Assembly: GCA_050248155.1 (NCBI GenBank) | Contig: JBFWSW010000005.1 | Span: forward strand, 17,578 to 81,577 | Direction: 5' to 3' | DNA from: Ilumatobacteraceae bacterium | GTDB taxonomy: Bacteria > Actinomycetota > Acidimicrobiia > Acidimicrobiales > Ilumatobacteraceae | DNA length: 64,000 nucleotides | Part shown: piece by piece, positions 10,296-18,464 of the stretch | How the letters are laid out: each line of letters opens with the position of its first letter | Numbering within the stretch: position 1 is the first letter of the stretch | The notes under the pieces: model-generated | Told to the model about the DNA's origin: nothing | What the model saw: the letters and a program-made list of their open reading frames with translations, nothing else | The model's database searches: none | Program-made: the position numbers and the translations under genes

Positions 10296-10338
10296 ACGAG
10301 TGTGATGAGGACGCGGTCAGCGCGATGCGCCCGGAGTG

Positions 10339-10731
10339 TCAGGCGGGAGGGCGCCGGGCGCCTCTCCGGCCGACCGCGCCGCGCAGCCCGACGCAACCGA
10401 CACAGCCCACGCAATCGACGCAGTCGATGCAGCCGACGCAGGCGACGCATCGGCGGCATCGGATGCAGCCGAGCGTCGCCACGCACATCGTGATGCCGAC
10501 GCCGAAGGCCGTGAGCACGCTGGCCACCACGCCCACGCTGCCGGACGTCGCCGCGCTGCCCGCGACCGCGACGCTGCCCGACGTAGCTGCGCAGCCCGCG
10601 ACGGCGACGCTGCCGGCTGTCGCCACGCTCCCCGCGATCGCCACGCTGCCGGCGGTGGCGACGCTGCCCGCGACCGCCAGGCTGCCGGCCGTCGTCAACC
10701 CGCCGGCGCGTCTCGGTGGTCGACCTCGCAT
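10339..10731 (-). CDS. Hypothetical repeat-built small membrane/Cys-rich protein (130 aa)
   Basis: This is the internal ATG of track ORF 10339..12003. The ORF fits the gap between neighbouring same-strand genes. Its layout is a basic N-terminus, AGSVAx hexapeptide repeats, a hydrophobic segment, then 9 Cys at every third residue. The antisense frame shares the same wobble positions, so codon bias is uninformative. Confidence 0.4.
   Translation of the reverse strand: MRGRPPRRAGGLTTAGSLAVAGSVATAGSVAIAGSVATAGSVAVAGCAATSGSVAVAGSAATSGSVGVVASVLTAFGVGITMCVATLGCIRCRRCVACVGCIDCVDCVGCVGCVGLRGAVGRRGARRPPA
10393..10467. repeat. Tandem 9-nt repeat, about 9 copies
   Basis: Plus strand reads cgacgcaac cgacacagc ccacgcaat cgacgcagt cgatgcagc cgacgcagg cgacgcatc ggcggcatc ggatgcagc. 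On the minus strand this gives TGC-NNN-NNN units. Confidence 0.85.
10534..10689. repeat. Tandem 18-nt repeat, about 8-9 copies
   Basis: Plus-strand units resemble gccacgctgccggcggtg / gcgacgctgcccgcgacc, repeated head to tail. Confidence 0.85.
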
Positions 10732-10748
10732 CGCGCCAGCATGGCACG

Positions 10749-12101
10749 TCAGTCCGCAGTCGCAGACGTCTCGACCGGCGGAGGCGAGAACGTCGCCCCA
10801 CCGGTTCGTCCGTCGAAGCTTCCGATCAGGAGCACGCCGTCGCCGATCCACACCGGCGTCGCCCCCGGCGCACCGCCGCAGCAGCTGTCGACCCACCGGT
10901 CGGTCGCGACGTCGTAGACCGCTGCCGCGCCCTTGGCGAACATGACGACCTGCGTCCCCGTCCACACCGGCACGAAGCCGGGATGGGCGAAGCCCGACGT
11001 GATCGACCGCCAGCTGTCGGTCGCCGGGTCGTACGCGGCCCCGTCCGACAAGGCCATCGCCCCGTCGAAGGTGTCGGCCGCCCCACCCGTCGACCCGGCG
11101 TCGACGATCATCTCGGTCCCGGTCCACACCGCCCACACCCGGCGCGCCGACAACGGCGAGTCGGCGAGCACTCGCCATGTCGCCGTGACCGGGTCGTAGG
11201 CCGCGCCGTCGTCGATCTCGACACCGCCGGCCGTGCCACCCCAGATCAACCACTCCGTCCCCGTCCACACCGAGGCTGCGTGCGTCCGAGGCACGATCGG
11301 GGCTGCTCCGAGCGACTTCCACGAATCGGAGGACGGGTCGTAGGCCATCGGCCCAGGGGCCGCTGCGGACCAGACGAGCAGCTCGCCACCCGTCCACGCC
11401 CACGGCGAGCTGCTGTCGATCGCCCCGAACGGCGGCGCCGTCGCGCGCCACGAGTCCGACGCGGGATCGAACGCGTGACCCGCCGATGCGGGGGCCGAGG
11501 CCGGACCCGACATCGAGCCGGCGGTCCCGCCGATCACCAGCATCTCGCCCCCGGTCCACAGGACCAGCGGATCGACCGTCGTCACCGGCGGGTCGGCCAG
11601 CCGGCGCCACGAGCGAGCGGCCGGGTCGTAGGACACCGCGTCGGGCCGGAGAGTGCCGTCCTCGTCGGTCCCACCCACGACGAGGGCTTCCGATCCCGTC
11701 CAGACGACCGACGGGACCACGCGCACGCCATCCGGATCGGCGGGGATGGGCGTCCATTCGCCGGGGAGGCCAGACGAGTCCACGGCGGTCGAGTCGGGTG
11801 CGGGCGCCGACGGAACGACTGGCTCGTTCACCTGGCTCGCCGACGGGAACGGCGGCGCAGCGCTCGTCGGAACCCCATCGCTCGCCGGCACCACCGACGG
11901 ATCGGACCGGAGCGCCCACAGCGCCCCGCCCCCCACAGCGACGAGCACGACGCAACCGATCCCCGCCATGGCTCGATTCCTGGCACGGTGGCGTCGCTCC
12001 CATCGCACCGCCCGACTCTGCACCTCGTCGATGGAGGTCACCGACGCGTGGTCGATCGATGCCAGGTGATCGCGGAGGTGTCGTTCGATCCGATCGCTCA
12101 T
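10749..12101 (-). CDS. Single-pass membrane protein with extracytoplasmic Kelch-like 7-bladed beta-propeller; putative anti-sigma factor
   Basis: The start ATG 12101 overlaps the sigma-factor stop (ATGA). The protein has a short N-terminal segment, a TM helix (GIGCVVLVAVGGGALWAL), and seven W(T/I)G..(L/M)(V/I).GG repeats. Confidence 0.7.
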   Translation of the reverse strand: MSDRIERHLRDHLASIDHASVTSIDEVQSRAVRWERRHRARNRAMAGIGCVVLVAVGGGALWALRSDPSVVPASDGVPTSAAPPFPSASQVNEPVVPSAPAPDSTAVDSSGLPGEWTPIPADPDGVRVVPSVVWTGSEALVVGGTDEDGTLRPDAVSYDPAARSWRRLADPPVTTVDPLVLWTGGEMLVIGGTAGSMSGPASAPASAGHAFDPASDSWRATAPPFGAIDSSSPWAWTGGELLVWSAAAPGPMAYDPSSDSWKSLGAAPIVPRTHAASVWTGTEWLIWGGTAGGVEIDDGAAYDPVTATWRVLADSPLSARRVWAVWTGTEMIVDAGSTGGAADTFDGAMALSDGAAYDPATDSWRSITSGFAHPGFVPVWTGTQVVMFAKGAAAVYDVATDRWVDSCCGGAPGATPVWIGDGVLLIGSFDGRTGGATFSPPPVETSATAD

Positions 12102-12640
12102 GCCTGGTCCAGAGCCTCGATGTCGGCGCGAAGTTGCTCGAGCGCGCGCGACAGCTGCGACTTGACGGTGCCCACGCCGATGCCGAGGATCTGTGCGATG
12201 GCCGCCTCGGGCAGGTCGTCGTAGAAGCGCAGCACCACCACCGCTCGGCGCCGAGGCGGAAGCCGCAGCACCGCGCGCAGGGTGCGATCGCGTTCGGCGG
12301 TCACGGTGTCGAACGGCGCCGGCTGCTGCATCCAGTCGAGGGTGGCGTGATCGCGCCGATGCGCGAGCGCCAGGCGCCGCCATCGCCGCGACGCGAGGTT
12401 CACGACGACGCGCCGCACGTACGCGGGGGCGTCGTCGACCGTGCCGCTGCGCCACTTCGGCAACGTCCGGGCGATGGCCTCGGCGACCAGGTCGTCGGCA
12501 CCGTCGGCGGTGCCGACCAGCAGCCTCGCGACCCGCTGGATCCGTGGCAGGGCATCAGCGAGCGCCGCGATGAACAGGGCATCGATCGGCGAGACGTCCA
12601 CCCCGTCGCGCGGGCGCGACGAGAGGGCCCCGTGATCCAT
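12098..12640 (-). CDS. ECF-type RNA polymerase sigma factor
   Basis: The last 180 codons of track ORF 12098..14515 begin MDHGALSS. The region 4 HTH reads VVVLRFYDDLPEAAIAQILGIGVGTVKSQLSRALEQL. The upstream part of that ORF is antisense to the S8 protease gene. Confidence 0.85.
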   Translation of the reverse strand: MDHGALSSRPRDGVDVSPIDALFIAALADALPRIQRVARLLVGTADGADDLVAEAIARTLPKWRSGTVDDAPAYVRRVVVNLASRRWRRLALAHRRDHATLDWMQQPAPFDTVTAERDRTLRAVLRLPPRRRAVVVLRFYDDLPEAAIAQILGIGVGTVKSQLSRALEQLRADIEALDQA

Positions 12641-12691
12641 GCCAGATCTGAGCACACACGGGCGGCGAAGGTTGCTCCGAGCCCGAGCGTC

Positions 12692-12717
12692 CCTCATCAC
12701 CACATCGGGTGATGAGG
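12692..12717. promoter_or_regulatory. Perfect 10-bp inverted repeat CCTCATCACC-N6-GGTGATGAGG in the sigma/S8-protease divergent region
   Basis: Read directly from the sequence. It lies between the divergent starts at 12640 and 12800. Confidence 0.5.
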
Positions 12718-12799
12718 TGACCACGTGCAGGGGGCTACGGTGAGCGCCAACACACACAGACCGGGTGGGGACGAACAGCGGGCCGAACTGGAGGAGTTC

Positions 12800-14503
12800 A
12801 TGAGAGCCAGCAAGTCCATCGCCCTCCTGGGCGTGCTCTCGTTGCTGCCCGTGCTGGCAGCGACGAACACGCCAGTGAGTGCTGAGGAAGAACGCGAGGC
12901 GACCTTCGTCGTGCTCGCCGCCGACGCCGCAACGACCGACGCGGCGGTGGCCTCGGTCGAGGCGGCCGGCGGCCAGGTGACGGCGGTCAACCGCGACATC
13001 GGCCTGCTGTCGGTGACAGCCCCGGCAACCGAGTTCGCCGGCGCCATGGCCGGCGACCCGGCCATCACCGGCGTCGCCCGAGACGTGTCGATCGGTTCGG
13101 CGCCGGTCGACACCGTCACGCGAACGAAGGCGGTCGAGCAGGAGGGCCGCCTCGCCGGCCCATCCGCGCCCAACACGCAGGCATACCCGAAGCCGCGCGG
13201 CCACGGCCACGCGGTGACGCCCGAGCCGCTCGCGCCGTTGCAGTGGGACATGGCGATGATCGGGGCGACAGCCGACGGGTCGTACCGCAAGCAACCGGGT
13301 CGCCGCGACGTGCTGGTCGGGGTGATCGACACGGGCATCGACGCGTCGCATCCCGACATCGCACCCAACTTCAACTCGTGGTTGAGCCGCAACTTCACGA
13401 CCGACATCGAGCTCATCGACGGGCCGTGCGCGGAGGAACCCGATCAGTCGTGCGAAGACCCGGCCGACGTCGACGAGGGCGGTCACGGCACGCACGTCGC
13501 GTCGACGATCGCCGCGCCGATCAACGGCCTCGGCATCGCGGGCGTCGCACCGAACGTCACGCTCGTCAACCTGCGCGCCGGCCAGGACTCGGGCTACTTC
13601 TTCCTGCAGCCGACGGTGGACGCGCTGACCTTCGCGGCGAACCACGGCATCGACGTCGTGAACATGAGCTTCTACATCGATCCCTGGCTGTTCAACTGCA
13701 CGGCGAACCCCGCCGACACACCCGAGCAGCAGGCCGAGCAGCAGCTCATCATCACTGCGACGCAGCGAGCACTCGATTACGCGCGCCGCCGCGGCGTCAC
13801 CCTCGTCGCTGCACTCGGCAACGACCACACCGACCTCGGCAACCCGACCGTCGACGAGACCAGCCCCGACTACCCGCCGGACACCGCGTACCCGCGTGTG
13901 GTGGACAACACCTGTCTCGACATGCCGACCGAGGGTCGGGGCGTCATCAGCGTGTCGTCGGTCGGTCCGAGCGGGGCCAAGAGCGACTTCTCGAACCACG
14001 GGCTCGAGCAGAACGACGTCGCGGCCCCCGGTGGCTGGTTCCGCGACTTCTTCGGCACGCCGCAGTTCCGGACGAACGAGAACCTCGTCCTCGGCGCGAT
14101 GCCGAAGGATCTCGCCATCGCCTCCGGGCTCGTCGACCCGACCACAGGCCAGTCGCTCGACGGCTCGATCGTCGCGCAGTGCTCGGGCGCGACGATCGAC
14201 ACGTGCGCGTACTACGAGTACCTGCAGGGCACGTCGATGGCATCGCCGCACGCGGCGGGTGTCGCCGCGCTCATCGTCAGCACGTACGGCCACCGCACCT
14301 GGTGGGGCGGGCGCGCGATGAACCCGCGCGTCGTCGAGAAGATCCTCCTGAGGACCGCGACCGACACGCCTTGCCCGGCGCCCGTGATCACCTACGTGAA
14401 CGAGGGTCGCGACGCCACGTGGGACGCGCCGTGCGTGGGAACCCCGGAGCGGAACTCCATCTACGGCGAGGGCATCGTGAACGCGCTCGCAGCCGTGAGC
14501 TGA
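12800..14503 (+). CDS. Secreted S8 family (subtilisin-like) serine peptidase
   Basis: The signal peptide reads MRASKSIALLGVLSLLPVLAATNTPVSA. The catalytic triad is in VIDTGIDASHPD, GGHGTHVAST and GTSMASPHAAG. Confidence 0.9.
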   Translation: MRASKSIALLGVLSLLPVLAATNTPVSAEEEREATFVVLAADAATTDAAVASVEAAGGQVTAVNRDIGLLSVTAPATEFAGAMAGDPAITGVARDVSIGSAPVDTVTRTKAVEQEGRLAGPSAPNTQAYPKPRGHGHAVTPEPLAPLQWDMAMIGATADGSYRKQPGRRDVLVGVIDTGIDASHPDIAPNFNSWLSRNFTTDIELIDGPCAEEPDQSCEDPADVDEGGHGTHVASTIAAPINGLGIAGVAPNVTLVNLRAGQDSGYFFLQPTVDALTFAANHGIDVVNMSFYIDPWLFNCTANPADTPEQQAEQQLIITATQRALDYARRRGVTLVAALGNDHTDLGNPTVDETSPDYPPDTAYPRVVDNTCLDMPTEGRGVISVSSVGPSGAKSDFSNHGLEQNDVAAPGGWFRDFFGTPQFRTNENLVLGAMPKDLAIASGLVDPTTGQSLDGSIVAQCSGATIDTCAYYEYLQGTSMASPHAAGVAALIVSTYGHRTWWGGRAMNPRVVEKILLRTATDTPCPAPVITYVNEGRDATWDAPCVGTPERNSIYGEGIVNALAAVS

Positions 14504-14534
14504 CAGCACCGGCACCGGAGCGCCGGCGACAGGT

Positions 14535-15293
14535 TCACGCCTTCGTGAACTTGTCGTTGGCGCTCCGCCAGTGCGCCAGTGACGCTTCGCCGCGCACCAT
14601 CCACGAATGGCCGTCGTCGAGCACCGACTTGCGCCCCTCCGTCACCATGACGACGTCGGGATGGCAGTACCGGGCGAAGAGCGCGGCGCGCTCGCGTTGC
14701 GTCGTGTTGTCGCCCGAGCCGTGCAGGAGCATCCCGCTGAACGCAACCGCTTCACCGGCACGCATCGGGAGCGGAACCAGATCGGTCGCCTGGGCCTCGC
14801 GGAAGGCGGGGTTGTGCGCCGACGGCCGGTGCTCGACCAGGCCGGTGACGTGCGAACCGGGAGCCACCTGGAGGCAACCGTTGGTCAGGTCGGTGTCGTG
14901 CAGTGCGACCCAGACGGTGACGTCCACGGGCGGATCGAGCTCGCCGTACCCGTTGTCCTGGTGGAGCGGGATCTCGCTCGCCTGCGCGCTCTCGCTCGGG
15001 AGCTTGGTGACGAACTGGTTGTGCGTCAGCACGAGGTCGGGACCGAGCAGCCGCTCGACGGCGTCGAGGTGCGAGCCCTCGCAGCAGAACCGGCGGACCT
15101 CGCGGCTGACGTGGGCGAGCTGATCCATCACGATCAGGCCGGCCGACGACCCGTAGGCCTCGTCAGGCCTGAGCCGGCGCTCGTCGGCGATGAGCGCCTC
15201 GCACACTGCCGAGTCGAGAACGGGTCCGAGCAGGACGTACCCGTCTCGTGAATAGGCGGCCAGTTGGTTCTCGTCGAGATGCACGATCATCAA
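14535..15293 (-). CDS. Phytanoyl-CoA dioxygenase (PhyH) family Fe(II)/2OG oxygenase
   Basis: 252 aa, with an HQDNGY (HxD) motif and a distal His in LLHGSGDN. Confidence 0.75.
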   Translation of the reverse strand: MMIVHLDENQLAAYSRDGYVLLGPVLDSAVCEALIADERRLRPDEAYGSSAGLIVMDQLAHVSREVRRFCCEGSHLDAVERLLGPDLVLTHNQFVTKLPSESAQASEIPLHQDNGYGELDPPVDVTVWVALHDTDLTNGCLQVAPGSHVTGLVEHRPSAHNPAFREAQATDLVPLPMRAGEAVAFSGMLLHGSGDNTTQRERAALFARYCHPDVVMVTEGRKSVLDDGHSWMVRGEASLAHWRSANDKFTKA

Positions 15294-15355
15294 CGTATTC
15301 GCTCCGACCGCTTCGGGGGGAGCCGATCCCGACGAGAACCAACTCGACGTGATGT

Positions 15356-16081
15356 TCAGACGGTGACGGCCGCCAGCTGCTCGGCGTAGGCGGCGGCCAG
15401 CTTGCGCAGCTGCCCGGCACCGTCACCGTGGAACGACGATCCGTGCATCAGGGCAAGGGTCGTCGGCTCGAGGGCCGCCAGGCGCTCGAGCGTGGGGACG
15501 AGGTCCGGGCCCATCGAGGTCGCGTGGAAGATCGATTCGGCGACCAGCGCCGGCTCGATGATGTCGTCCTCGGTGAGGGCCGGCAGGTCGCCGTCCGCGG
15601 TGAACAGGTCGCCGGCGAGCAGCGTGCCGGTCGTCTCCTCGAACCACAGGCCGCTCTCCCAGTTGTGTGGTACGTGCGGGGTGGCGATGAAGCGCATGCG
15701 CTTTGCTCCGATGTCGAGCGGTTCGTCACCCGCGACGTGCGGTGGCCGGTCGGCGAGGTCGTTGAGCGACACCATGCAGGCGAGCGGCCCGTGCACGACC
15801 TGTGCTCGGGGGGCGGCGGCGAGGAACTCGTTCATCGAGCCGCACTCGTCCGCCTCGACGTGGCTGAACGAGACCCAGCGGAGCTCGTCGAGCGGGATGA
15901 GCGTCGCAACGGCCTCCGACACGAGCGGGAAGAGCGCTCGCATCCCGGTGTGGAACAGCATCGGCTCGGCGTCGCGGATGAGGAACTGGTTGAAGGCGAA
16001 GCCGGACGGGCCGACCTCCGGGATGAAGGTGGACAGACGGAAGATGTCGGGTGCGATCTCGTCGACGGTGGTGCTGAACAT
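15356..16081 (-). CDS. MBL-fold diiron (ODP/flavodiiron N-domain-like) protein
   Basis: 241 aa. It has the SHVEADECG (HxExD) metal motif and the later HVPHN and MHGSSF histidines. Confidence 0.6.
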   Translation of the reverse strand: MFSTTVDEIAPDIFRLSTFIPEVGPSGFAFNQFLIRDAEPMLFHTGMRALFPLVSEAVATLIPLDELRWVSFSHVEADECGSMNEFLAAAPRAQVVHGPLACMVSLNDLADRPPHVAGDEPLDIGAKRMRFIATPHVPHNWESGLWFEETTGTLLAGDLFTADGDLPALTEDDIIEPALVAESIFHATSMGPDLVPTLERLAALEPTTLALMHGSSFHGDGAGQLRKLAAAYAEQLAAVTV

Positions 16082-16206
16082 GGCGAATGGTCTCCTCGTG
16101 CTGTAGTGGTGATCGGTGTGTGAGTTGCGACGGCTCGTGCCGGCGCCGTCAGACTGTGCAGCGCGAGGGCGGGGCGACGCATCGGGGAAGTCCCCCTTCC
16201 CACCCC

Positions 16207-17787
16207 CTATTCCCGGGCCCGGGCAGTCGCGGCCAACGCCGCTGCCTCGGTGCGGGTGCGCACCCCCAGCTTGGCGAGCAGCCGGCCGACGTGGTGCTCG
16301 GCGGTCTTCGCCGAGATGTACAGGCGGCGGCCGATCTCGGCGTTGGTGAGCCCTTGGCGGATGAGGTCGAGGACCTCCGCCTCGCGGGCCGTGAGATCGG
16401 CGACAGCAGCGGCGATCTCCGACCGCGCCCGCGCTCTGCCGCCGAGCGGCCGCAGCAGGTGCAGCGCGCGATCGACCAACGGCGTGGCCCCAAGTCGTTC
16501 GAAGACCGCGAGCGCGCCTCGAGCCTCGGCTGCGGCGCTCGCCGTGTCGCCGGCCGATGCGAAGACCCGGGCCAGCTCGAGCCGAGCGATCCCAGCGTGC
16601 AGCGGGCGAGCCGACGAGTCGAACCCATGCGCAGCAGCCGTGAACGCTTCGACGGCTGCAGGCGTATCGCCTCGTGCGGCCGCGACCCGGCCGCGCGCAC
16701 AGTCGGCGTCGGCGTGCAGTGCCGACGCCTCGGACGACTCGGTCAGCGTGGCGAGGCGGTCGGCCGCGCGTTCCGCGGCGTCCACGTCGCCGCGGAGCAG
16801 CTCGGCCTGGACCATCACGTCGAGCAGGGGCGCCCCGCGGAACCGGTCGGCCACCATCTCGCGCAGGCCCAGCTCTGCGACGGCGACGGCGTCACCGGGT
16901 TCGTCACGCAGCAGGTGGAGCCGTGCGAGTGGCGCCCGCATCGTGACCGCGTCGCGATGCGGCGAGATCAACGCTTCGGCGTCCTCCAGCTGACCACGCT
17001 GCAGGTGGAGGTCGGCGAGGCGGGACATCGCCTCGACCCGGTGCGGACCCGACGTGCTCATGCCGGCCAGCAACGTGGTGAGCGCGTGCTCGGCCTCGTC
17101 CCATCGGCCCGCCGCCGTCATGATGCCCGACTGCACCATCCGGCAGTGCTCGGCGAGCACCGTCGGGCCTCCGTCCCGGTGGAGCAAGCCGCCGACGAGA
17201 CGGCTCCACTCGTCGGCCCGGCGGACGTCGCCCGCACGGTCGCACGACGACAGGAGCGAGCAGAGGCTCTTGCCTGCGGTCTCCACACGGCGACACTCGC
17301 CTGCCGTGAGGGTCGCGAGCGACTCGTCGAGCATGGCGAACCCTTCGCGCAACCGTCCCTGGCACACCATCGCGAGCCCGCCGTCGGCGAGCGCGCGCAC
17401 CTCGAGATCGACGTCGCCGAATCGACGCGCGATCGTGAGCGCGCGCTCCGCACTCGATGCGAGTTCGGGGAGGTCGGGGCGATCGCACGCCATGATCGCG
17501 AGCTCGAGGTAGCCCCATTCGACGACGTCGCCGAGTGGGTCGAGCAGGCGGCGGGCGCGAGCGAGCCAGCCGTTCGCCGCAGACGGGTTGCCCAGGCCGA
17601 CATGCATCTCGGCGAGCTCCATCGCCACCCGCGCCGCCCTCGCAGCCCGTCCGCCGTCGCGGTGCGCGCGGAACGCGGCTTCGAGCTGGGTGCGCGCTCC
17701 GGCGTAATCGGCCGAGAAGTACGCGAGGCCGGCGGCGAGCTCGAGCCGGTCGGCATCGTCGTCGAACGTGGGCCCGGCGTCGGTCAC
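16207..17787 (-). CDS. LuxR family transcriptional regulator with large helical-repeat (TPR-like) N-terminal region
   Basis: The C-terminal LTAREAEVLDLIRQGLTNAEIGRRLYISAKTAEHHVGRLLAKLGV is a LuxR/GerE HTH. Confidence 0.8.
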   Translation of the reverse strand: MTDAGPTFDDDADRLELAAGLAYFSADYAGARTQLEAAFRAHRDGGRAARAARVAMELAEMHVGLGNPSAANGWLARARRLLDPLGDVVEWGYLELAIMACDRPDLPELASSAERALTIARRFGDVDLEVRALADGGLAMVCQGRLREGFAMLDESLATLTAGECRRVETAGKSLCSLLSSCDRAGDVRRADEWSRLVGGLLHRDGGPTVLAEHCRMVQSGIMTAAGRWDEAEHALTTLLAGMSTSGPHRVEAMSRLADLHLQRGQLEDAEALISPHRDAVTMRAPLARLHLLRDEPGDAVAVAELGLREMVADRFRGAPLLDVMVQAELLRGDVDAAERAADRLATLTESSEASALHADADCARGRVAAARGDTPAAVEAFTAAAHGFDSSARPLHAGIARLELARVFASAGDTASAAAEARGALAVFERLGATPLVDRALHLLRPLGGRARARSEIAAAVADLTAREAEVLDLIRQGLTNAEIGRRLYISAKTAEHHVGRLLAKLGVRTRTEAAALAATARARE

Positions 17788-17830
17788 GCGGCCGATCGTA
17801 GAGCCGCCACGCGACGTGGGCGACGCCCCG

Positions 17831-18328
17831 TCAGCCGATCGCGAGCGTGCGGTGCTCGGCGGGGAACGCCGGGGCGTGCGATCGAGCGATGATCGCCCGC
17901 CGACCCAGCTCGACGAGCGCCTCCCGGCCGAGCTCGCGCCGCATCCGTTCGAACACGGTCTGCTCCTCGGACTGGAAGTGCCCCTGCAGCTCGAGCAGCA
18001 ACGCGCTCCCCCGCTTCAAGAACGCGAACCCGTCGGGCGCGAGCCCGCGCATCTCGTCCAGCAGCTCGTTGAGCTCCTCGTGCTCGGCCACCCGATGGGC
18101 GAGGATGCCGTCGGCGTCGGCGACCGCTGCGTGGAACGCCGGGTAGAGCACCTCGTGCTCGACGGTCTCGTGCGCCGACAGCTCGTCGACGATGCGCAGG
18201 AAGATCCGACGGATCGCCGCCGCGTCGGTTGCCTCGTCGAGCTCGGCGACCAGGCCGTCGATCACCCGGTGATCGCGCTCGAGGAGCTCGATGATGTCGA
18301 TCGGTTCCATGGTCGCGACCTCCTGCAC
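17831..18328 (-). CDS. Hemerythrin HHE cation-binding domain protein
   Basis: Contains ELLERDHR, HETVEHEVLYP and HRVAEHEEL motifs. An alternative start is MEPIDI at 18310. Confidence 0.75.
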   Translation of the reverse strand: MQEVATMEPIDIIELLERDHRVIDGLVAELDEATDAAAIRRIFLRIVDELSAHETVEHEVLYPAFHAAVADADGILAHRVAEHEELNELLDEMRGLAPDGFAFLKRGSALLLELQGHFQSEEQTVFERMRRELGREALVELGRRAIIARSHAPAFPAEHRTLAIG

Positions 18329-18464
18329 CCTCCGGCGGCGGCACCGTGCCGTCGTCGACTCGATGGTCGCGTCTCCCCCGTGGACGGCAACAGTGCCAAA
18401 GGTCCATAGCGGCGGGAATCGCTGCTACGTACATTCGCATCACGGCACATCCCGGAGGAGCGAC

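Noticed and set aside
10393-10689. Possible CRISPR array
   Set aside because: The repeat periods are 9 and 18 nt with no unique spacers, and no cas genes are present. These are simple tandem repeats.
10157-10945. Plus-strand ORF (PTQ and ATLPAV repeats) across the tandem-repeat region
   Set aside because: It overlaps the coding ends of both flanking minus-strand genes by 140-200 nt and has no sensible start. It shares wobble positions with the minus-frame ORF, so it cannot be excluded by codon bias alone. It is kept as the alternative hypothesis in the finding.
12641-14515. N-terminal 625 codons of track ORF 12098..14515
   Set aside because: Only the last 180 codons look like an ECF sigma factor. 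The rest is antisense to the S8 protease gene, which has a full catalytic triad.
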